A stretch of 64,000 nt of DNA, taken from NCBI GenBank assembly GCA_028716945.1, contig JAQUOT010000001.1, positions 402,471 through 466,470 of the forward strand, read 5' to 3'. Shown in pieces: positions 18,237-25,434 of this stretch (position 1 is the stretch's first letter; each line of letters starts with the position of its first letter). The position numbers and the translations under genes were made by a program. The notes under the pieces were generated by a model, which worked only from the letters and a program-made list of their open reading frames with translations, was not told the DNA's origin and ran no database searches. The DNA is from Candidatus Nanoarchaeia archaeon (GTDB taxonomy: Archaea > Nanobdellota > Nanobdellia > SCGC-AAA011-G17 > JAFCDX01).

Positions 18237-18611
18237 ATGGGTCAACTTTTTTTAGATGATTTTATAAGAGAACAAGGATTTAATTCTACTGAAGAATATA
18301 TTTACTGTAGGTTAGAAGAACAAAGTGCTTTATATTTTCAAAGTTTAGATCATTATAAGAATTTATTTGAGAATGGATTAATAAAAGAAGGAATGGTAAT
18401 ACGCACTTCTGATAGAGGATTAATAGATAGAACCTATTCTGTAGATAATCAAGGAAATTTAGTAGGAATTACTAGTGGTACTTATCCTGGAGAAAATGGA
18501 ATTTTTAAACCAGAAGAAATACTTGTTGGAAATAGGATTTCTGATGGTTGGACAATAGAATCTCCAAGATTATTTGGTAAACTTTTTCAAGAATGGCGTT
18601 TAAAACAATAA
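18237..18611 (+). CDS. Hypothetical protein
   Basis: 124-aa ORF with TATA-like element upstream. Confidence 0.6.
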   Translation: MGQLFLDDFIREQGFNSTEEYIYCRLEEQSALYFQSLDHYKNLFENGLIKEGMVIRTSDRGLIDRTYSVDNQGNLVGITSGTYPGENGIFKPEEILVGNRISDGWTIESPRLFGKLFQEWRLKQ

Positions 18612-18676
18612 AGCTTATAAATAACCTTATTTTCAAGAATAAATCCGTAAAACTACCTTTGGTAGGAGGATTATAA

Positions 18677-19477
18677 ATGGAAAAGAAAGAATTTTTAGAG
18701 GCATTAAAAGCAGTAAAAGAATCTAATAAAAGAAAGTTTTCACAAACTATCGATTTAATCATAAATTTAAAAGGTATTGATTTTAAAAAAGATGAAAATA
18801 AAATTGATTTCTTTATGACTCTCCCTTCTGGAAGAGGTAAAAAAACAAAAGTATGTGCATTCGTTGATAAAGAATTATCCAAACAAGCAAAAGAAACTTG
18901 TGATTTTGTTGTTACAAGAGATGAATTTCCAAAATATTCTTCAAATAAAAAATCTGTAAAATCTCTTTTAAGAGAATGTTCATTTTTCATAGCTCAAGCA
19001 AACATTATGACTGAAGTTGCTAAGAACTTTGGTAAAACTCTTGGAGCAAAAGGAAAAATGCCAAATCCAAAAGCAGGATGCGTTGTTCCTCCAGAATTTC
19101 CAGCAATGGCAGGTTTAGTAAAAAGATTACAAAGCACTACAAGAATCTTAACTAAAAATGAACCTTCAATTAAAGTTGCTGTTGGTACAGAAACTATGAA
19201 AGAAGAAGAAATCGTAGAAAATATTTTAGCAATACAAAGTCAATTACTTCATTTATTGCCTCAACAAGAAAATAATATCAAAGACATTTATATTAAATCA
19301 ACAATGGGTGTTCCTTATAAAATAGGAACTGGTTTTGTTAAAAAAGAAATTAAAGTTGTTGAGAAAAAACCACAACCTAAACCAGAAGTTAAACACGAAC
19401 ATAAAGTTGAAGTAAAAAAAGAAGAACACAAAGAAAAGAAAGCAGAAAAACCAAAAAAAGAAGTTAAAGAGAAATGA
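18677..19477 (+). CDS. rpl1: 50S ribosomal protein L1
   Basis: RKFSQTIDLIINLK, GKMPNP, KSTMG; K/E-rich tail; SD GGAGG. Confidence 0.95.
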   Translation: MEKKEFLEALKAVKESNKRKFSQTIDLIINLKGIDFKKDENKIDFFMTLPSGRGKKTKVCAFVDKELSKQAKETCDFVVTRDEFPKYSSNKKSVKSLLRECSFFIAQANIMTEVAKNFGKTLGAKGKMPNPKAGCVVPPEFPAMAGLVKRLQSTTRILTKNEPSIKVAVGTETMKEEEIVENILAIQSQLLHLLPQQENNIKDIYIKSTMGVPYKIGTGFVKKEIKVVEKKPQPKPEVKHEHKVEVKKEEHKEKKAEKPKKEVKEK

Positions 19478-20511
19478 AAGGATTAGAAAGGAAAAAAAGA
19501 ATAGTTGAAGATTTAGCTAATTTGATGAATAAAAATCAAGTAGTTGGAATTATTGATTTAACTAATTTACCTTCATCTACTTTACAAAAAATAAGAAGCA
19601 AATTAAGAGATGATGCTAAGATAATTACTGTTAAAAAAATATTAATACAAAAAGCTATTGAAAAAGCAAAAGAAGGTAAAAAAGGATTAGAAAAATTAGA
19701 AGAGTTCTTGGGTGGAATACCTGCATTAATACTTACTAATAAAGATTCATTTAGATTATCAAAATTATTATTGCAACACAAAAGTTCAGCAGTAGCAAAG
19801 CCTGGTCAAATAGCACCAAATGATATTGTTATACCTGCAGGTCCAACAGAATTTACTCCAGGACCAGTTATTGGAGAATTGGGACAAATTGGATTAAAAA
19901 CTGCAGTTGAAAATGGAAAAATTGCAATCAAAGAAGATAAATTAATTGTTAAAAAAGGGGATATAATCAACCAAAAAATTTCAGCAGTTATTGCTAAATT
20001 AGGAATAGAACCCATGACAATTACTATGAATTTAGTAGGAACTTTTGAAAATGGATTAATCTATAAGCACGATGTATTATCAATAACAGAGGAAGAATAT
20101 ATGAACAATTTAAAACTAGCAGCATTACAAGCTTACACTTTAGCATTAAAAATAGAATATCCTGCTGAAAAAGTAATAAAGCAGATAGTAACAAATGCTG
20201 CTTTAGAAGAGAAAGCATTGGCTGCAAAATTAAATTTAAGTTTTGAAGAAACAAAAGAAGAACCTAAAATAGAAGTAAAACATGAACCTAAAATAGAAAT
20301 TAAAAAAGAAGAACCTAAAGTTGAAATTAAACAAGAACCGATAATACAAGAAAAATCTGTTAAAGTTAAAGAAGTAAAACCAGAAATAATTGAAAAAGAA
20401 GTACAGAAAGCTCCTTTGACAACTCATGATAGATTTGATGAATCTGTTGACAAAGCTCAAGAAGTATTAAAAAAACTTCAAGATCAAAAAATGAAAAAGG
20501 GTAAAACATAA
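19474..20511 (+). CDS. rpl10: 50S ribosomal protein L10 (P0)
   Basis: AKPGQIAPNDIVIPAGPT.F.PGP, KLGIEPM. Confidence 0.95.
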   Translation: MKGLERKKRIVEDLANLMNKNQVVGIIDLTNLPSSTLQKIRSKLRDDAKIITVKKILIQKAIEKAKEGKKGLEKLEEFLGGIPALILTNKDSFRLSKLLLQHKSSAVAKPGQIAPNDIVIPAGPTEFTPGPVIGELGQIGLKTAVENGKIAIKEDKLIVKKGDIINQKISAVIAKLGIEPMTITMNLVGTFENGLIYKHDVLSITEEEYMNNLKLAALQAYTLALKIEYPAEKVIKQIVTNAALEEKALAAKLNLSFEETKEEPKIEVKHEPKIEIKKEEPKVEIKQEPIIQEKSVKVKEVKPEIIEKEVQKAPLTTHDRFDESVDKAQEVLKKLQDQKMKKGKT

Positions 20512-20531
20512 AATTTGAACAGGAGGTCAAA

Positions 20532-20813
20532 ATGGAATTAATACACGCAGCAATTTTATTGCATGAAGCCAAGAAAGATATAACTGAAGACAATGTAAAC
20601 AAACTGCTTAGTTCAGTAGGAATACACAAAGAAGCAGCACAAGTAAAATCATTGATTGCAGCGCTTGAAGGCGTAAATATCGATGATGTTATTAAAAATG
20701 CAACAGTGGCACAAGTAGCAGCTCCTGCAGCAGCAGAAGCGAAACCTAAGAAAGAAGAAAAGAAAGAAGAAGTAAAAGAAGCTGCAGCTGGATTAGGTGC
20801 ATTATTTGGATAA
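20532..20813 (+). CDS. rpl12: 50S ribosomal protein L12 (P1 stalk)
   Basis: HAAILLH, Ala-rich hinge, C-terminal GLGALFG; SD GGAGG. Confidence 0.96.
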   Translation: MELIHAAILLHEAKKDITEDNVNKLLSSVGIHKEAAQVKSLIAALEGVNIDDVIKNATVAQVAAPAAAEAKPKKEEKKEEVKEAAAGLGALFG

Positions 20814-20841
20814 TTTTTTTTATTTATTTTAAGGTTTTATA

Positions 20842-21729
20842 ATGGAAAATAAAAATTTAAAAAATCCGGATTCGCAACCAAAGGAAAACAATCTTAATAA
20901 AGATATGTCTATTCTAAAAAACAAACTTTCTGATTTAAACAATAAAAAAGAATTCTGGTTTAAGAAAAAAGAAGATTTGAAGAAAGATATAAATGTTTTA
21001 ATAGTGGATATTAAAAAAATAAAATTACACAGCGATAAATCTAATCAAAATCTTGAAGTAATGAAAAAAGAAAGAGACAAATATAATCATCAAGTTAAAG
21101 GTTTATTAGATCAATTATCTAAGTTGCATAAAGAAAAGACTAAAGTATTTTATAAATATCAGATAACTGAAGATCCATATAAAATTCAAAAAAGAATAGA
21201 AGCAATAGAAAAAAGATTAGAGACAGAAGTTTCTTTTGAAAATGAAAAAAAATTAATGAAACAGTTAAATGCTTTAAAAGCCATATTTAAAGAGAGTAAA
21301 ATTCGTGAATTAATAGAAAAAATAGATACAGTAGAAAAACAAGTTAGAGAATCTAAGAAAAAAGCTCAAGAATTTCATAATAGTGTAGTAAATACTTTAA
21401 AAGATACAAATGGTTATGCTTCTTTTATAGGATTATCCAGAAAAATTAATAATTTAAGATCAGAACAAGAAGCAGCTTTTGCTAAATTCATCGAATATAA
21501 ACAGGAATTTTTAAAAGTTAATGAACAATTAAAACAAAAATTAAATCAATCTAAATCAGTTTACGAAGTAATTCAAAAGAAGAAAAAAGAAGAAGTAATG
21601 AAACATGAAGTTTCTATGAGGGAAAAATTAAAAGAAAAAACCCAACATGTTCTTGAAAAATTCAGAAAGAAAAAGAGATTAGATACTAACGATATACTAA
21701 TTTTACAAGGTATGGATAAAAAAGAATAG
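20842..21729 (+). CDS. Archaeal coiled-coil protein (COG1340-like)
   Basis: Long K/E coiled coil, SFENEKKL, C-terminal KKRLDTNDILILQ. Confidence 0.7.
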   Translation: MENKNLKNPDSQPKENNLNKDMSILKNKLSDLNNKKEFWFKKKEDLKKDINVLIVDIKKIKLHSDKSNQNLEVMKKERDKYNHQVKGLLDQLSKLHKEKTKVFYKYQITEDPYKIQKRIEAIEKRLETEVSFENEKKLMKQLNALKAIFKESKIRELIEKIDTVEKQVRESKKKAQEFHNSVVNTLKDTNGYASFIGLSRKINNLRSEQEAAFAKFIEYKQEFLKVNEQLKQKLNQSKSVYEVIQKKKKEEVMKHEVSMREKLKEKTQHVLEKFRKKKRLDTNDILILQGMDKKE

Positions 21730-22242
21730 TTATCTTTTAAAAATACTTTTTTTATATAATTCTTTTAAATCAGAATATATAGGGATTGATTTGATTTTAA
21801 ATACCAATACTAAGAAAATCCACACGAAAGCAACATAAACTCCTGAGATTAATTTCCAAAACACCATATGTATTGCTTCAAAGTAATTTGTTCTAAACTC
21901 AATTAAAACAAATATCAATATTAATATTCTTGATATATTCATAATTAATATTAATAAACTCCCTGATAAAAACATTAAAATCCTGGTTTTGAATTTAATA
22001 TCTTTTGTAAATAATATTAGTATATATAATAGGTAATAAGCACTTCCTGCTATACAGGCGTTTATTATGTCTATACTATACTCATTGATAAAAATAGTAT
22101 TTCCTATAAGGGCAGCGTGTTTGAGTGTATATAATATATAATACACTGGGTAAATTGTTAAAGGACCAAATATTAAATAAAATAAACTTATAGGTAAAAA
22201 TATTAGAATGCACCTCAGAAATATATTATAATAATACTTCAT
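21730..22242 (-). CDS. Archaeosortase/exosortase family protein (pacearchaeosortase)
   Basis: Multi-TM; IINACIAGSAYYLL (Cys), NISRI (Arg), IHMVFW (His). Confidence 0.82.
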   Translation of the reverse strand: MKYYYNIFLRCILIFLPISLFYLIFGPLTIYPVYYILYTLKHAALIGNTIFINEYSIDIINACIAGSAYYLLYILILFTKDIKFKTRILMFLSGSLLILIMNISRILILIFVLIEFRTNYFEAIHMVFWKLISGVYVAFVWIFLVLVFKIKSIPIYSDLKELYKKSIFKR

Positions 22243-22360
22243 AATTTTAATTTAATAAATAGTTTTAAAAATGTTTCTAAAAAAAGCCAATACCAAAACC
22301 TTTATAAATAAGATACCCTCCAAGAATAGTAACAATAAAAGAGTGAGGGGTTAGTCAATA

Positions 22361-23923
22361 ATGAAAAAACTAAATTTATTGTTGGGAATTTTGTTCCTAG
22401 TTATATTAAGTACAAGTGTTTTTAGTTTAAGTTTACCTTCAACAGTAACCTTAGATGAAAAACAAGCAGGTGAAACTGCAACAGGTTCTCTTATAATTAC
22501 AAATAATGGTGCAAACACTGTTACATTATCAGTTTATTTACAAGATTCTTCTGATTTCGAAGATGAAGACGAAGATGCTATAAGCGTTTCTTTTAATCCT
22601 GCTTCAGGTATATCAATACCTGCAACCCAAAGCAAGACAATTGCAATTTCAGCCATTATAGATGATAATGTGGATTCAGCAACTTATAAAGGAAACATAG
22701 TAATATTTGATGGTACTACTACAAGTACAGTTAAATTAGCTGTTCCAGTAGCTCCAGAAATATGTGAATCTGGAAAACAAGGAGATTTAAAAATTTCTGA
22801 TTATTCAATAAAGAAAAACCCAGATACTGATGCAGATGATGAATTTTACTTAGGTAATGATATTGAAGTAGAAATTGATGTTGATAATAATGGAGACGAT
22901 GAAGTTACTGATATCGTTGTTGAAGCTATATTATATGATTTAACAGAAGGAGAAGATGTTGCTTCAGCACAAGCAGATAAATTTGATTTACAAGACGGTA
23001 AAGATGAAACAGGAATTAAATTAACCTTAAAAGTTCCTACAGATGCAGATCCTGATGACACTTACGCAGTTTACTTTAAAGCATCCGAAGATGGTTCTGA
23101 AGAAGATAACTGTCAATATGAAAGTCAAGAAGTTGATGTTAAAACAAAAGATTATGATATGTCTATTGATTTACAAAGTATAAATCCTTCAACTGTTAAT
23201 TGTGGTTCAAATGTTGATTTCAATGTATTAGTTAAAAATACAGGAAGCAAAGATGAATCAAATGTTTATGTTAAAGTACAAGATAGTACAAAATATTTAC
23301 AAGGAACTACAGCTTCATTCGATTTAGATTCAGATGAAGATACTTCCAAAATAATTACAATAGCAGTTCCTAATAATATTACAGCAGGATCTTACACTTT
23401 TGAAGCATTCATATATTTCCACGATGGAGAATATAAATCAGATTTAAACACAGCAAACAAAATAACTGTTTCATGTGAAGTGCCAAACAAAGCACCAGTA
23501 GCAAATGCTGGTCAAGATCAAACTGTTTCAGCTAATACTTTAGTTATATTAGATGGATCACAAAGTTCAGATGCAGATGGAAATCAATTAACTTATAAAT
23601 GGGAACAAATAGGTGGAATGCAAACTCAACTAACAAATGCAAATGCAAACATAGCAACATTTACTCCAACAAGTTCAGGAGCATACTTATTCAAATTAAC
23701 TGTTAACGACGGTAAATTAGAAAGTTCAGATAATATTTTAATTACTGTTAGTGGTTCAACTTTACCAACAGGAAATGTTGTATATGAAGAAGATTCAATC
23801 TTCGGAAGCATGAGAGATGCTTTACCCACAATTGCTTGGGTATTAGGAATTATAATTTTATTACTAGGAATAACTTTCTTAGTTAAAATGATTTTCTTCA
23901 ATAGAAAATACGAACCATTATAA
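22361..23923 (+). CDS. Putative S-layer/surface protein with Ig-like (CARDB/PKD-like) domains and C-terminal TM anchor
   Basis: Signal peptide, acidic beta-rich repeats, NKAPVANAGQDQTV, PTGNVV then TM and basic tail; divergent from the sortase. Confidence 0.8.
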   Translation: MKKLNLLLGILFLVILSTSVFSLSLPSTVTLDEKQAGETATGSLIITNNGANTVTLSVYLQDSSDFEDEDEDAISVSFNPASGISIPATQSKTIAISAIIDDNVDSATYKGNIVIFDGTTTSTVKLAVPVAPEICESGKQGDLKISDYSIKKNPDTDADDEFYLGNDIEVEIDVDNNGDDEVTDIVVEAILYDLTEGEDVASAQADKFDLQDGKDETGIKLTLKVPTDADPDDTYAVYFKASEDGSEEDNCQYESQEVDVKTKDYDMSIDLQSINPSTVNCGSNVDFNVLVKNTGSKDESNVYVKVQDSTKYLQGTTASFDLDSDEDTSKIITIAVPNNITAGSYTFEAFIYFHDGEYKSDLNTANKITVSCEVPNKAPVANAGQDQTVSANTLVILDGSQSSDADGNQLTYKWEQIGGMQTQLTNANANIATFTPTSSGAYLFKLTVNDGKLESSDNILITVSGSTLPTGNVVYEEDSIFGSMRDALPTIAWVLGIIILLLGITFLVKMIFFNRKYEPL

Positions 23924-23943
23924 ATTTTTAATTTCTTTTTAAA

Positions 23944-24522
23944 ATGAAACCAAGAAGAGAATTAACTAAACAAGAACAACTAGATTTAAATTTATTTCTT
24001 TCAAAAGCAGTTCCATTGTGTGCACAAGGTAAGCCACACATATTTCAAGCTAGTAAGGGATCGATGATGTTTATTAAAGAATCAAAAGATATCAAGACAA
24101 AGGAAAAAGGCCCTCTCGTACTTCCTTCAGGAAATTTAATTATTGTTGATGAATACTGGGGAAATATAGAAAAACTTACCGGACAATATATAATTTGTTT
24201 AGAAGATATAGATAATCCCATTTTTAAATTAGATTACCGTTCAGAAGCAATGACAAGGGGTCTGGAAAAGAATGATAAAGGAGAATTTTTACATAAAAAT
24301 AATATTAAAGAATGTATGCATGCTGCTTTATCTCAAGAAGGAAAAAAATATCCTTGGAGAGGTCCCGAATCTTTTAATTATAAGGGATATAATTATGTTC
24401 ATATTCCATCATGTACTAATATGTATTACTTGGATGGTAGAGAGTATGTTATTGAATCTAGGACCGGAGAACAACTACTTAGAACAAAATATGTTGCATC
24501 AATAATAAACCCTTTTGCATAA
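23944..24522 (+). CDS. Hypothetical protein (DUF5680-like C-terminus)
   Basis: PWRGPESF...Y.Y...GREYV pattern. Confidence 0.55.
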   Translation: MKPRRELTKQEQLDLNLFLSKAVPLCAQGKPHIFQASKGSMMFIKESKDIKTKEKGPLVLPSGNLIIVDEYWGNIEKLTGQYIICLEDIDNPIFKLDYRSEAMTRGLEKNDKGEFLHKNNIKECMHAALSQEGKKYPWRGPESFNYKGYNYVHIPSCTNMYYLDGREYVIESRTGEQLLRTKYVASIINPFA

Positions 24523-24533
24523 ATTCTAAAAAG

Positions 24534-24618
24534 AGGGCGCAGCAGGACTCGAACCTGCGGATATTCGGGTACTACAACATTTTGCAGCCGAACGCGTTAG
24601 CCGCTTCGCCATACGCCC
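24534..24618 (-). tRNA. tRNA-Cys(GCA) with 12-nt canonical 37/38 intron
   Basis: GGGCGTA/TGCGCCC acceptor, U73; TTCGG-CT-GCA-A-[AATGTTGTAGTA]-C-CCGAA; CTGC pairs with intron GTAG. Confidence 0.93.
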
Positions 24619-24729
24619 AGATTTTTGAGTATATATGCTTTCTTTATATTTGATTATAAAGCGGGCCTGGTGGGATTTGAACCCACGACCACCTGCTATC
24701 TTCCGATATGGCTAGAAGGCAGGTACGCT

Positions 24730-25313
24730 CTCTGGGGAAGAAGGAAATATATTATTTGACACTTCGCTTAATATAATATCCATAACCCTTCTTAGTAATA
24801 CATCACTTACATATATGCTCGCCGTACCATATTTTGATTTTTTTTCTTTTTGTGGTTTTGAAGCAATTTCAATTAATTTTTTATTTAATTTTAAATTTTT
24901 GCTCCAATATTCTTTTAGTAATAATGTATTACATTTTTTTCCATACTTAATTTTTATTGATTTTTGAGGTAAGTCTTCAATTTTTAAAATTTCAGTTTCA
25001 TTTAAAACTTGTATACCCTAAAAATTGTTTTAGGGTCATTATTTGTTACTGAAAATCTATACATACTTGATTTTACTCCTTTACTTTTTAAACCCTCTCC
25101 TTCAATAAAACCCATTGCCCAAATAAATTTTTCATTTATTTTGAGGTATCTAGGAAACTTTCTTGAAATTTCTCTTTTTATTCTTCCTTCCGTGATATAG
25201 GAAACTAAAACTTCATTTTTATTTATCGGTTTTACTTTTAAGGGATGTTCATACCCATTTCTATTCAGATAGGTATATTTCCCTTCTAATGTCCTTATCA
25301 GGTCTATATTCAA
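24730..25313 (-). pseudogene. Single-motif LAGLIDADG homing endonuclease with a 1-nt frameshift near 25005-25018
   Basis: WAMGFIEGEG motif, then FSVTNNDP; continues in the -1 frame as IQVLNE...EYWSKNLKL...YGTASIYVSDVLL...PSSPE. Confidence 0.75.
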
Positions 25314-25327
25314 ATTTCCTTCTTCCT
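24730..25327 (-). mobile_element. Protein-coding archaeal (BHB-type) tRNA intron, putative homing intron
   Basis: CTGG/CCAG central helix, ATA and AGA bulges, 13-bp perfect stem GGAAGAAGGAAAT/ATTTCCTTCTTCC enclosing an endonuclease ORF. Confidence 0.85.
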
Positions 25328-25434
25328 ATCCAGCCTGCGCTACAGGCCCATATAATACTTCTTATAGTTTTATTTATAAACGTTTTGTTATTAAGTATAG
25401 AAAGATTTTAATATATTCTAAATTACTTGATTTT

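Larger units (their letters stand above)
24662..25349 (-). tRNA. tRNA-Arg(UCU) with two introns: 598-nt D-loop intron (24730-25327) and 15-nt canonical intron (24698-24712)
   Basis: Exons 25349-25328, 24729-24713 and 24697-24662 assemble into a cloverleaf: GGGCCTG/CAGGCCC, D loop AGGCTGGATA with A20, CCTGC-CT-TCT-AA-GCAGG, GTGGG-TTCAAAT-CCCAC. Confidence 0.92.

Noticed and set aside
20250-20400. Repeat array or CRISPR-like repeats
   Set aside because: Degenerate coding repeats (EPKIEVK-like) within the P0 tail. No repeat-spacer structure was seen anywhere in the window.
24662-25349. Trans-spliced split tRNA of the Nanoarchaeum type
   Set aside because: The pieces are collinear on one strand and enclose a single nuclease ORF, so a cis intron is simpler. 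Separate transcription cannot be fully excluded.
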